A stretch of 64,000 nucleotides of DNA, taken from NCBI GenBank assembly GCA_051530055.1, contig CM121343.1, positions 838,389 to 902,388 of the forward strand, given 5' to 3'. The stretch comes from Neoechinorhynchus agilis (lineage: Eukaryota > Animalia > Acanthocephala). This document shows, piece by piece, positions 14,275 through 30,029 of the stretch (its first letter is position 1; each line of letters opens with the position of its first letter). A model generated the notes under the pieces. That model ran no database searches and had not been told where the DNA came from. It saw nothing but the letters and a program-made list of their open reading frames with translations. The position numbers and the translations under genes were made by a program.

Positions 14275-15205
14275 ATGTCCGCAATGTCTAGTGAAAGATC
14301 TAACTTGATTGAAAAATTCCGTGACCATGTGAATTCGAAACGTGAGCGGATTTTAGTTTCAAAGCTCACTATAATTCACTTGACGACTTTAGCGATCATA
14401 GCAGCGGAAATCAATAAGGCCAATGCTCTTATTTTTTTGACCAACGATGAATACGTTTTTGCGATCCTTTCACGTGCAAAATTCAATTTGACTAAAGCTT
14501 GTGAAATTCTGAAAAGTTCGTTAAAATGGCGAAACGAATTCGGACCAAAAAGTTTGTCATTGTTTTAAAGGTATTTTCTTTATTTCACACTTAGACATTG
14601 CATTTACGGCGAAGGACAGTGTACTGATCGAAAAAGGAGTGTTCTACATACATGGAACATCTAAGCAGGGGAATCGAATATGTGAGTAGTATATGAGTTG
14701 AGGACCTCTTAAATACGAATGGTCAAGTTCGATTTGATGTATCAAAGTTTGATAAAAGAGTTCACAAAAAAAAGTCATATCAGCGCTTGATAGTTTATTT
14801 GCTTGAAAAACACTTGGACGATCTAAATAGACCTTTGTTATTTTTGTTTAATCTAACTGGATCTGGTCTGAATCAAGTGGTAAAAATACTCGGTTATTTT
14901 CCCATGCAACTCCCACATAATTAGGATTTCGAGCTTATTCGATTTTTGAAATCCTGCTTCGAGGAATACTATCCACACCTTTTTGGTAAGAATGTATACA
15001 TCTTGATTTGCTTTATTAAATCTGAACACTTCATGATTTAGAGCAAATTATTGCGTATGACATGCCATGGATTATGAACGCTGCTTGGGCAGTAGTGAGC
15101 GGATGGCTAGAACCGGAAGCTGTATGCAAAATACAATTCGTGAATTCTGAGACTGCCCTTGATTTCATCGACGAAGTCTCACTACCTCTTCAAATGGGTG
15201 GCAAT
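14275..15205 (+). CDS. MOSPD2: CRAL-TRIO domain region of a MOSPD2-like protein (exons 14275-14341, 14393-14551, 14595-14681, 14728-14879, 14925-14985, 15042-15205)
   Basis: Five GT-AG introns (51, 43, 46, 45, 56 nt) give a continuous frame with SRAKFNLTKACEILKSSLKWR, GVFYIHG, DFELIRFLKSCFEEYYP, YDMPWIMNAAWAVVSGWL and LPLQMGG; the third acceptor is the least certain. Confidence 0.8.
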
Positions 15206-17446
15206 GTAAGTATTAAATCCATTTTTGCCTTGGGCTATAGCTCTAATGTGCAACTATTGCATGAAAACGCTATTCCAATGTCTGTGCAATTGTGCCTTAC
15301 TGCTCTTTCCTCCACTGCATTCCATTAAAAATTTCTCTCAGACGGAAAAGAAGGATCCGTATCTAAGACTCATTGTTCTTTGGTTTGGGTACTTAATTAA
15401 TATAAGAATCCTTGCAGTAGCGCCAGCCTTTTGATTTGGATGTGATAAGGTCGAAACTTACTGTGTTGTACCCGTAAAGCACAATCTTGGAACAATTTCC
15501 TTTAAATTCGGTTTCCTCTAAGTTAAAATCAAATCAGACGAAATGTGTATTTTTAAACAAAATAACTTGGATTATCAAGGCGTCCTGGGATTATAGAGTC
15601 GCGAGGAAGTGCACCATCATCAGTCATCCAAAAAAAGTTTCAGTTACTTCATATTCTTGTAAAGATGTTCATTATTTGTTTTTTTTGTGGCGAATTATCC
15701 AGTAATTGATCGATTTCTATCATTTGCAAGTTTTGCTCGCCGGATCGCCATTCCCAATTGAGCAATCATAAAAAATTTATATCACTAACCCGAAGGCTTT
15801 AAATCACTCAGATTATTCCTGGGAATGCACCTTATTGGCATGTTTCGTTGAAGGCGATTTCGTAATGTAGTATCAAGCTTTGAACTAACAAAATAAACGA
15901 AATTGTAGTCAAGATGCAAGATAACACGTTCATCTCAATAATGGACAAATCTACCTTTACCATTTTTGATTTAATGCAGATCCGTGCATCCATTTACCAG
16001 CTTTGTTGGCTCTCCTATAATATTTTGTGCTTCAGTTTCACATTTTTGAACATACAAGCGAATTCGAAGCACATGATTTATTGAACAATCGGGACCAAAT
16101 TAGAGTGTGTGGTGGATCCATCTCGCAAATTCTACAATTTTGAATCCGCTAATATATTTTCGATTGTTCACCATTTAGAAAACGGAAAAATACTCGAATT
16201 CCTTCCACAAAAACCCCATAGATTAGTGCTAGAAAAAGATTAGACATTTCCTTTCCACGTCTGGCCTATATAGGCATCGTACTTTGCAACTCATAACAAA
16301 AGTGGACAAGTCCTAATGTAGTTATGAAATATTAAAATTGCCCCTCTAAATGCAATTAATCTAAAAATGTTAAACATACAATTGGAAAAACTGCAGACCA
16401 GGTAACAAAATATTCTATTGAATTCACGCCGTATATTTATTTTCTAAAAGTTCATATGAAGGGATCTTCTTCAAAATCGATATTTCAGTTGGAATAGTGA
16501 ACAAGTTTTCTATTTTGAAGAAGACACAATCTAGGTTCAAACCTTGCGAAGTGATCAAATTATAATAGAATTGCTTATAAGATTTAAAATTAATTGATGT
16601 TTCTCTATCCATAATCACGGATTTTTCGCATTTTAAAAAGGTATATTGGATTTAGAATAAGTTCTATGGTGCTGTTTCGTTGTTTTTGAATTTTAGGCGT
16701 CCATGCCGTTTATATATAATTGCTTCGTTCTTATTGGTTCTTAGTGTATAAAATTGTTATCTGGAAAAATTAATAAAACAAATTTTTTTTGTCAAAAATA
16801 ATTAAATGCAATTTTGTGTTCCTTGGGTATTTCATAAAGTGGAATTTTAAGGACTAGAAAATATTTGCGATGATAATAGTGATACAATTTCCGCCTTATA
16901 GTGGCTTCTTGGCACTGAAAATTGTGATTTATGATGCTATCTTTGATGCTAGATTAATATTGCAAACTTGAAAAATGGATTCCGAGTAAAATTCCTTTCA
17001 AAAAATTGCAGAGATGAACAATCCATTACTTAAAGGTAAATTTGATCACATTTAGTGCCTAAGAAAGTCTAATTGTCAAGTTTAAAGGATTTAATTTTTT
17101 TTAAGCTAGCAATATTATTTTCGAGGCTATGCGACTTTTACGCTCTCTGACAATCGTCGAAAAAATATCGCATGGTACAATTTAACTTTTTTTTTAAAAA
17201 AATATAAAGTCAAAGTCAGAAAGCTATCTTTTTAGGATATGTATATATATTCCGGTGATCCGTACAATGAAAATGAACTCGACATTTATCACCTTCGTGC
17301 GAGAGAAGGTATTGTAAGGGATCACCCCTTAGCGTGGCCCTTGAGTGAGACATTTAAAAATAAGGTATAGAATTTTAAGACTTGTGACAGAAGTGTCCAC
17401 TGCTATTTGAAAGGTTACGGATTCAAACATTGTAAATTATAATCAG

Positions 17447-18198
17447 GACACGGTGGCCACTAGTGATGATGAATTGTTCGAAGGTCAAAAATCTAAACCA
17501 GTTGAATTTTATACAAGAAAGAGATTCATGACTTCAAGGGAACAGGCTGAAGAACGTAACCCGCGAAATGTTAGCTTCGTCAACATTAAAAATGAAGAAA
17601 AAGATTCCAGTACCCTTTGCGGTTACACCATGCCGGCTATTGAAAACGAAGTACATAAACCACTAAACATCCCCACTAAGAATCGAACAAGTACAGCTTC
17701 CGCAATAAAAGAGTATCTTGTTATAAGGTGAGATTTTTATTTTCGAAGCCCACTTACTAGTGCAACGCCAGACCTGCTAATGTTATAACGATGCAAGTAG
17801 ACAAATCTACCATTTCGACTCCTCCCCAGATCATATCGCTGACAAATACTGGAACGTCTTCTATTATCTTCAAGGTTTTTTGAAACTATTGTTCGGTTGC
17901 CATTTCCCTACAGTTTATAGATTAGAACAACATCTTCTCAGAAATTCAGATTTAGCCAAGCCACTGGAATTATATGTCCTTATGGATCTATAAAGATACG
18001 CATGTATTTAAGCAAAGGTGAGTTTAATCGCGATCTAAGCCATAAATTTTTATGGAATGTAGATGCGTTCAATGTCAAACACATGGATGAACAAAGTATC
18101 GATAAATTGCAAATATTGTACAAGAAAATCGATGACGCAAATTTGGATACAGACGAATTTTGGAAAACGATTGATTTAGAAAACGTTCACGAATATAG
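17447..18198 (+). CDS. MOSPD2: MSP (major sperm protein) domain region, probably the 3' part of the same MOSPD2-like gene
   Basis: Spliced exons 17761-17874 and 17921-18198 read ISLTNTGTSSIIFK|IRTTSSQKFRFSQATGII...HKFLW...FWKTIDLENVHEYR, an MSP-domain pattern; upstream exon joins and the 3' end are unresolved. Confidence 0.65.
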
Positions 18199-19221
18199 GT
18201 ATTGGGGATTGCATTCGGGTGGTGGTGGTGGTTAGATGTGTGTTTTTATTTAGATCGCTTGTCGACACCCGACAGCAGGGATCGCGTTAAAGAGACGAAC
18301 TAATATTTCGATCGAATAAAAAAAACCATTTTATCGAATCAATTGTTAATAAATCTAATCGACTATCAGTCGAAATATTCATTCGTCTTTAACGAAATTT
18401 CTCCTGTCGAATGCCTTGTGCAATTCTTGATATATCCTAATTTTAAAACGAAATTGGCTGAAGACACAAGGAATGTTCATCATAAAATGCACTGTAGTTT
18501 CTGTTTGCGGCATTTGACGACTGAATCGAAGCAACTCATATTCGTGGTTGTCGAATGAGGACGAATCCCATTAAATTATATACAATGATAAAACGAACTT
18601 AAATTGGTTATCGTAGTTTTCTCGGTTGCTTAAGGAAAATCTCGAAAAACGTATAAATCATTGTATACGAAAATAGTTAATGTTGTAGCTTTTCCGTGTG
18701 GTAGATGGACTTATAAAACGCAAAGTGCATCTTAAGATACGCTTTTAGATTGCAATGCCATGTAATTGCAGCGCAATCGCCAAAAGTGGAGCACGTGAAT
18801 GCCAGTATCAATACCGAAGAAGTGGCGGTCAATCCAAGGCCGATTTCAATGATCATCACAATCACGCTTGCTTTCATAAGCATTCTAAATCTGTTATGTC
18901 TAATAAGCATAATAATTTGGCGTCGATGAAATGCTGCGGCTGAGAAGCTTGAATAATGTTATCCTTTGCTTGGATTACCACAGTTTGTAAATAAACAGCG
19001 AAACGCATATTATGAGTCTGCGAGTCGGAAAATATCAATATATGAGCAGATCGCTCCCACGGATATTATTGAACTGCTTGTAATACACTTTACACAATCC
19101 AATAATGCTAAGTTTCTTTAAGTATTTAAGCGTTAATGTACAGCATGACTTAAAGATTAAAAGAACTTATTAAAGCAACCTTGATAAGGTAATGTTTTCT
19201 AGCCAAAAGGTCATTCACACC

Positions 19222-19672
19222 AAACGCGTACAAGATTAATGCCGAAATATCGAATTTATTAAATTCTTTTTATTTTATGGCCATAAACAATCATGAATAG
19301 TCCGATCTTGAAACGAAGGTGGAATCAAATGAAATTAAAAACAAATAACACCTCTACATATTGTAAAGTGGCGAAAACGAGTACTTTTGGGATTCATAAT
19401 GTTGCCACATTCATTTTCCACTCAGCGAACCTTTGAGAGAACGGCAACCAACGTATTGCATTCAAAGGACCGTTAAATTAATTTAAAACTTTGATAAACG
19501 CGTACAAGATTATGCCGAAATATCGAATTTATTAAATTCTTTTTATTTTATGGCCATAAACAATCATGAATAGTCCGATCTTGAAACAAAGGTGGAATCA
19601 AATGAAATTAAAAACAAATAACACCTCTACATATTGTAAAGTGGCGAAAACGAGTACTCTTGGGATTCATAA
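19222..19672. repeat. Pair of ~177-bp direct repeats (19222-19399, 19496-19672)
   Basis: Near-identical copies starting AAACGCGTACAAGATT(A)ATGCCGAAATATCG and ending GGGATTCATAA. Confidence 0.92.
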
Positions 19673-20351
19673 ATTCTTTTAATTTTAAGGCCATGTAAAA
19701 ACATTCTAGAGATCGTTACTCCATAGGGAATAACTGGATAACTCGTTGCAGCGAAAGATGGAGAATACCCTTAGCTTAAGGGATCGAAATGGTGAAATTA
19801 AAATGGCATCGTTTGTGTAATATTTGATGATGGCGGCAGGAGTGCTCGCTAAAAAGGTCAAAGTATCTTTCCGGTGGCAAATTCTATTTCTGTCGAATTG
19901 GAATATCACCTCGCTATTTCCTCTATGTCCACGGGAAATGCAAATAATAGTAGACAACGAGATTGATTAAAGACTTGAATCTCAGCAATAAAGGATTTTC
20001 ATACTAAGGTATGCCCGTTTTGCATAAATAAATTACAAATTGTTATTTGCACTATAGAAGGTTTTATAAATGGAGGATCTGAATGACTAAAACACGGACA
20101 ACCTTGACCTGCACTGAGATCGTACATTTAACCGATTCATTGATGGTAATCGCTGAAATTAAATTTTTGTTTCATCGGTGCGAATATGGCAATCAATTCT
20201 GTTGGGCCCAAATGGTGGCTTTAAGGAAAAATCATAATTCAACTTCAATTTAGCTTTGTCTCATGCCATCCATTCCTTCGACAATATCCGTACTAAAGAG
20301 CGATTTATTGACCAGGGAAATATCGATTTGGATACTAATAAACTATTGGTG

Positions 20352-20558
20352 TCACGGAATCGCCATAGGTATTTTTCTGTATTGTTGCCTTCTGCGGTGG
20401 AGTAAGAACCAAGCGTGAATAACACCGGGAAAATATCCGCAAATGCTCAATATGATATTAAGAAGTACCAATGTCGTGCATTGATTTTCGATGGAATAGA
20501 CGGCCATTGGAGGTAAAACGATACTCCAGAATAATAGGAACTTCTCCGCAGGAAGCAT
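20352..20558 (-). CDS. Pmp3/UPF0057 proteolipid (small two-helix membrane protein), intronless, 68 aa
   Basis: SIVLPPMAVY...LLNIILSICGYFPGVIHAWFL matches the family pattern LPPLAV...NILLTLLGY.PG.IHA. Confidence 0.8.
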   Translation of the reverse strand: MLPAEKFLLFWSIVLPPMAVYSIENQCTTLVLLNIILSICGYFPGVIHAWFLLHRRRQQYRKIPMAIP

Positions 20559-21894
20559 GGTATTGTTTGCAAAGACGGGAATGTAAGGGATGGAGCTCTA
20601 AAAGTTATATTGGATATCTCAGCTAGTACCTAATTGCCTTGTTGACGAGGTGAAAACGTAGTTCCTACCTATTGATTTAGAAGCAAACACGTACCACCTA
20701 CAATTTACGACCTTACTCAGTGATTTGATGAAAGAGAAGGAAAGAAATATTGCCATCAGAGTGGTGATCATGATCGAAGTTATGCCCATCTTTTCATGTT
20801 AGTAATTCAAGTTTCCTTAATAAAACACGGTTTTCGAGCTATCCGAGATCGATTCCGAAGAAGATCTCTGCACTACTGCATCCGAGTGATTAAAAACCTA
20901 TTGGAAACACAAGGAGATCTTATTTACCTACCAATTCAAAAGCGTTTTCAAATCTCTCATTTCACGCAATCCGTAAAATCGCACTTTACCGTTTGAAATT
21001 GCGTTTAATTTCGATTTCCCAGGAAGCACACTAGCGAATATCGATGGAATCCTGTTGCGTATGATACACCCATAAGCAATTTACTAATATAGTATTTAAA
21101 TCTGAATTTAATTGGCTCTGTTTGATCTAAATTAATCATTGACAAAATAACGCGATAATAATTGTGAAATTCGAAAGCAATTTGCGTCGCCTGTATTGTC
21201 GTCTATTCTGGTGATGATCTTTTCTCGATGCTGCATTCCTCGCTTTTATTGATGAACCATGAAATATTGTGCTCATAAGAACTGCGTAAATATTCCATCT
21301 ACTTTGAGTAAATTTTAGATGCAGAAAATCTACAAGTAACGTGCCAATTCATGCTCGGCACTAATGCTTAACGATTTTACTAACGCCGCAATGGACATTT
21401 TTGATGACTTTTACGGTCTCCAATTGTTTGAAATGTGAGAAATGTTTACTTATCTATACCGGTTTTTGTTAAAGGTGCAGTCGAGACACTGCTTTGGAAA
21501 TCACAACCAAAAATATTCTCTCCTGTGATTTTGGAAAACTAGTGAACTCAGAACTTCTTAGGCGATCGCTACTTATTATTTGTTCGCGATATTCACGTTA
21601 AACCTTGTTAAAAGTGATGTAAACGGATCAAAAATCATCAACAATCTTCATTAACATAAGTCGATCATTATCATTTAATATTCCCCCACGGCTTCGTGAA
21701 AACCTATCATTCTCTTGAGAGCGTAGTCACATCTGAAAATATTGCTGCTCGAATTTGTTTATTCGAGTTTGGCGATAATTTTCCCCCCGGATTGTTGTTG
21801 ATCATTTGAAATATTTCGTAAACGTCTTCCCTTTCCTCTTCAGTCTACAAATTAAACTAAAAGTCAAAATTGGACTATAGGCATGGATCCGTGT

Positions 21895-22315
21895 CTAACG
21901 TTTTGGTTTTGTTTTGTCAAGGAGTTTCGGAAGTACTAGCATGTGATTCGTTTTGTTACTCTCCATGGTTACATTCCCTGTGATGTATATTGCCTCCATT
22001 ACCAATCTCCTCCGTAAATTAGCCTCAGGCTGTATTATTGAGATGCCCGTGTCCGAAGTCCACACGGTGTTTTTCCTTCTCCTGATGATTGGGGATCGCT
22101 GAGGAACCATCAAACCTCCTGCACGCCTGCTTGTGTTGTGCTAGTCTTTTGGACAATCCTTGCATCGTTTGTCTCACATAGATACGATCACATTCGATGC
22201 ATGGGATTTTATATACTCCATTGTGGCATTCTCTACTGTTCTTCTTCTTGAGCAATCCGTGGTAGTTGGACCTTTGTTGTACGAGATTCTTAGGTTCGGA
22301 TATTTCCTCATCCAC
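21895..22315 (-). mobile_element. Degenerate Penelope-like retroelement fragment (GIY-YIG endonuclease), frameshifted
   Basis: GVYKIPCIECDRIYVRQT...KRLAQHK...SAIPNH, then in a shifted frame RRRLVMEAIYI. Confidence 0.75.
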
Positions 22316-22581
22316 GCCTAAAGTCCGATTCTGACTTTTAGCTTAGAAGAGGTAAGGAAAAAGCTTACGAAATATTTTAAATGATCAACACCATCAACAA
22401 TCCGAGGGTTGTAACATCGCCAAACTAAAATTAAATTCACTTCGACGACAATTCTCTATGCTATTTGTGTTCGGTTAAAGATCCCATGTACAAGGTTGAA
22501 TTCGGATTAACCACGAAAAATGCGTTGTTTTCGGATCTATATCGGACTAATTCTGTTTGCACCCGAAAAACCGACCAATTT

Positions 22582-25149
<2,568 letters not shown>

Positions 25150-25638
25150 CTTAAAGCTAAGCCAGAAATAGCCTCAATACGCCATAGGAGTTAGCCCGAT
25201 TTTTAGCAGCAACGCGAGTGAGTATCAACTCGTACTGCGTCGCAATGAATGGTGATGAGCTTGTCAGCTCATAAACTCATGTAACGAACGACAACATCTA
25301 CTACGCAGTGGAACGCATAAATCATACGCTCACATAAGTACCATCTTACGAGCTAATGTTCACCGAATAATTATGAACGACCATTAGATAAGGAAGAGCA
25401 GGTTGCTTATTTGGACTCACATACTTCGTACATTAATCACATTCCTAAGGAAAACATCGGATGGGTTCAAGGCGCAAAATACCCTTCACTTATGTTTGAA
25501 GATTGAATTGTTCATGTTTTTATGGCCGAAAAATCGAAGAGGAACTTATTACATCCGGGTGCCGCCGAAAACAATCGGATTTATTAAATTCCTTCAATTT
25601 TTCCGTCATGTAAAAACACGGCTTATTTCATAGAGCGG

Positions 25639-25732
25639 AACTCGAATTCGAGACAAACGTTTTAGTTGCTCCGAGTTTACTGGCGCCGGTAGTGAGTTTT
25701 TAAAAAAACGCCTACAAGTCTCGAGTCAAGTT
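25639..25732. mobile_element. ~95-bp imperfect hairpin, MITE-like
   Basis: AACTCGAATTCGAGAC pairs with GTCTCGAGTCAAGTT around a central near-palindrome TACTGGCGCCGGTA. Confidence 0.5.
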
Positions 25733-27299
25733 TTTTATTTGATCATCTCGTTATATTTTATCGAGATTATATTTCAATTCATTTAGATTAAAATGGCTTT
25801 GTTTCGGTATCTTCCAAGAGTATAATAATATAACCGCAATTCGATAACAACTTATTAGCCGCCAAATGTTAAATGGCGACCTTTTTTTGAATAAAAACAT
25901 TAATTTTTTAAAAAGACTAAATTTATGGCCACTATAAAAAGATGTATGCCCAGACGAACGCAGCAAGCAGTCGATCAACAAAGGATATCTATGAAGTTAT
26001 TACAAGAGCAAAGATTAAAATCAGCACTTTGTGGATACTCCACTAACACTGAATGGTCGCTTTAAGTTTGAAGTACAATGAAAATCTAAGCAGCTTTAAA
26101 AACATAGATGACACGAGTTTGTTGACTCAATAAACAGCAAACTCACCAGATATGATTTCTGCCACCCGGGAGTTTAATTTTAAAGAACAGATTCCTCGAT
26201 TATGGGCGTCATATGCATTAATTACTCGGAATCCGCTTCGCAATCTATAAAGCACCTTTATTGAAAATAAAGAACTCAACCATTAAAGTCATAAGGAATG
26301 TCGTGATCACCCGATTTGCTGAAAAGCTCACAATTATATTGTGAACAACGTTAGTATATTAAATGGAAAAAGTTAAGCTCGTATTCTAAAATGACACCAA
26401 AGGTAAGCCTCTACGCCTCCGCTGAGACGGTTGGTGAATTGAATTCCTTCATCTCGAAGGTAACTACCAGTGCTTTCCATCAAAGAACAAGACTTTAAGC
26501 TCGTTCTTTTACCCAAAAAGGTCTTCTATTGTTCAATGCGGAGCCGCATCTTTGTAAAAGTTTTAAGTTGCAATTTGAATAGTTAAGTTTAAGAATAACA
26601 AAAGGGTTCTAAAGGTGTACGCTTAGAAGCAAGCATCGCCGTAACAATATATCTCTCTTAAGAAATGTTTTGAAAACGGTCGGAACCGGCAATGATTCGG
26701 AGCTTTAGCACGAAATATCACAGAACCGTCATATCATCCGCTACTCAAGTTATAAATCCACCTCTTTTTAGTATTCATACCTCGCATACAACTCCATAAA
26801 TTCTATAAAATCATTTTTACGGCGCTCGAACGCGGGCAACAAATTAGTGATCAAAAATTCTAGCGCAGAGGCGTTCAAAAACGAACAAATTCCCAGGCAT
26901 CTAATCGTAGCCTTATTGTGCCAAATTTCGAGGTATCGCCGCTGGTGCATAATTGAACATTACATTACTTTTTAATACTTACCGGTAAATTTAACTCCGA
27001 GTAAAATTCACGATAAAAATTCTCGTAAAATAGTTGCCTTATTATCTTAAAAATGTCAATATTTCCGTCGATATATAATTTGATTTTTGTATTAGCCCCG
27101 GTCTAAATCTGCATTCAACCCCGAAGTCTTGCGAGGTGTTTACAGCAGAAGGTGCGGCGCATTAAAAAACGTTTGTAACCAAGAACACCGTATGAACGGC
27201 TCAATGACTACATTCATAGATTACGGCTTAAAGGATACCTATCGGATCGGATTTTGGCAAAAATAAGATTGTCCTAAAGTTAATTTGTTTTGCCCTAAT

Positions 27300-28500
27300 G
27301 CCGGGACAGAAGACGGTTTAGTTGAACTCAGCCTTATCCGAAAAGTAAATGATTTTAATGAACAAATTCGCCTCCATGAATTTACGTAGCTTTAAGACTA
27401 AAAAAATCTGGAGTATCGAAGAATTCAAGTCTTGCATTTCCGGTCAATGATAAAAAACTAACCGTTTAGAGAGTTAAATGAGCAATAACTTCGAGCTCAG
27501 CCTTATCCGAAAAGTAAATGATTTTAATATGCAAATTCGCCTCTATGAATTTACGTAGCTTTAAGACTCACGAATCTGTAGTATCGAAGAATTCAAGTGT
27601 TGCATTTCCGGTCAATGATAGAAAAACTAACCGTTTAGAGAGTTAAATGAGCACCAACTTCGAAGTCGAGACTATGAATTTACGTAGCTTTAAGACTAAA
27701 AAAATCTGGAGTATCGAAGAATTCAAGTCTTGCATTTCCGGTCAATGATAAAAAACTAACCGTTTAGAGAGTTAAATGAGCAATAACTTCGAGCTCAGCT
27801 TTAGCCGAAAAGTAAATAATTTTAATAAACAAATTCGCCTCTATGAATTTACGTAGCCTTAAGACCAACGAATCTGGAGTATCGAAGAATTCAAGGTTGC
27901 ATTTCCGGTCAATGATAGAAAAACTAACCGTTTAGAGAGTTAAATGAGCACCAACTTCGAAGTCGAGACTATGAATTTACGTAGCTTTAAGACTAAAAAA
28001 TCTGGAGTATCGAAGAATTCAAGTCCAAACTCTTAACCTCCGAAGGGCTGCTAAAACAATCAATTGGGGAAGACACATTATCTCTAATTTTGTTATTCGA
28101 ATTGGACCAAAAAACAGAAGTATAACTTTTAACCTTTATTCATTGCAATTAAATACAAACTGAAAGCGCAGAATTGGTTTTAAGGGCAGATTACGATTTC
28201 TCTAATATTCAGACTTCAACATCCGGTGAATTTCAGCCCATTATAGCAATTAATCTTAGCTTGGTTACTGTATAATTTCATGATTCAAGATAAAGGCGCA
28301 TGGAGAAACCATTTTCAAAAGGTTCTGAACGATCACAGGTCCATCCTTAATAAAATATTCCCATGACTGTTTTCAACCATACAAACGTGCCAGATAACTG
28401 GACGATATTATCTAAGCGAACCGTACAAATCCGCGGATGAGCGAGTATTCGATCGAGACAATGGTATAGAGCAAATCTTAATCGATAGAGAAAGCGCGGA
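27300..28500. repeat. Dispersed repeat copy A: tandem ~110-160-bp subrepeats followed by a ~480-bp unique tail
   Basis: 27971-28500 appears identical to 33481-34010; subrepeat TATGAATTTACGTAGCTTTAAGACT... recurs 5 times here. Confidence 0.92.
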
Positions 28501-29387
28501 GGATGAATAAGATGTAAAAATGAATTGTTAACTATTGGTGATATTATTTTATACTAAAACCATAAAAGGAAAAGATGCTATCCATAGATTGTTTGGTCAA
28601 GTTGAAGTGAAAAAAGCAATTAAATTTAAAAAAGATATTCCGTCTTCTATTCCGAAATCCCACGTAGAAGACGAAATATTATAAAAATCGATGATTAAAA
28701 GTGCTGTTATTTTAAAGTTTTCATCGGATAAAGAGTTTAAAACGTTTTGCGAACATCGTCGGGTTCATCATCATAAGTTTGTTAGCTGATGATTAATCCG
28801 ACGAGGTTCAAAGCTAAAAAATTAATTCTCTTCACTCCGCCTGAACAAATAACGAATAAAAGGGCAGATAATCGATTCATATGATGAAATTAACTGGGTT
28901 TCTCACAAGTGGAGTTAAAAACACTTGAGGAGAACCCATAAATTTTAAAGACAAAAAAGAAAATTGACAAAATCGAATGACGATTTAAGAATCGGCGATT
29001 GTGGTCCGCGTCAAACTATCGACCAAAATCCAAATGTCAGTTGTTGAATGTTTAAACAACTCATTTCGGTTTGTACGTTCTAGTCCTTATTCAATTTGGA
29101 TAAACCTAACGACTATCAATTATAAAAAAAAGGAAAACCTCAAAGAGTTCAACCAATTAAGATGACAAATCGAAAGGTTAAACCAATTTAAGATCGGATC
29201 AATTGCACATTGTTAGACCGGTCGAACAAGCTCAAAAATCGAATGGACGACCACAAAGTTCAACTGAGATTAAAACGATAAAGCGAAAACTATCCTGATT
29301 AGTCCGTTTGAACAAACTTTCTTCCGTAGTAAACAAGCCGCACACAGGATCAAGTCCCAGAGACGATTTAACTCATTGAGAACGACG

Positions 29388-29822
29388 ATGCCACGAGGTA
29401 TGCGGTCACGCCGGCCGCCTCCAAGTGGATGGGAGTTGATTGAACCTACATTGGACGAGTTAGATTCACGGATGAAGGATGCCGAGCAGGCTTCACATGA
29501 TGGAAAACGAACGGTCGAATCACTGTGGCCTATATTTCGTATCCATAACCAACGATCTCGTTACATCTACGATTTGTTCTATAAACGCAATGCAATCAGT
29601 CGTGAGCTCTATGAGTATTGCCTCCATGAAGGATACGCGGATAGAAACTTGATCTCAAAATGGAAAAAGTCAGGCTATGAGAATCTCTGTTGTCTTCGGT
29701 GCATTCAAACTAGAGATACGAATTTTTCAACAAGCTGCATTTGTCGAGTCCCGCGATCAAAACTAGAAGAAGGAAAAGTCGTAGAATGCGTTCACTGTGG
29801 ATGTAGAGGATGTTCAGGTTGA
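29388..29822 (+). CDS. BUD31: Splicing factor BUD31/G10, intronless, 144 aa
   Basis: [47 protein letters not shown] and [12 protein letters not shown]; first ATG at 29388. Confidence 0.97.
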   Translation: MPRGMRSRRPPPSGWELIEPTLDELDSRMKDAEQASHDGKRTVESLWPIFRIHNQRSRYIYDLFYKRNAISRELYEYCLHEGYADRNLISKWKKSGYENLCCLRCIQTRDTNFSTSCICRVPRSKLEEGKVVECVHCGCRGCSG

Positions 29823-30029
29823 TATTTTGTCACTTTCGCTGGAGTTGTGGAATTTCGGTTGAAAAAGTTCTCGCAATCATTTCATTAGTTGCTGGCACAA
29901 GTTTTATCCCCGCTTTTAGTTATCGTTCATTTCGTTATCAAGACATATGAGGTATCATTTGGCAATACTTTTCTATACAAATGGAAAAATCAATCATTCC
30001 TGAGTTCAGAGATGTAGTGATCATAACAC

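Noticed and set aside
18677-18910. Minus-strand ORF with a hydrophobic segment
   Set aside because: Short, no family motif; could be chance.
26400-26560. Integrase-like GIQFT...GGVEA stretch
   Set aside because: Too short and degenerate to support.
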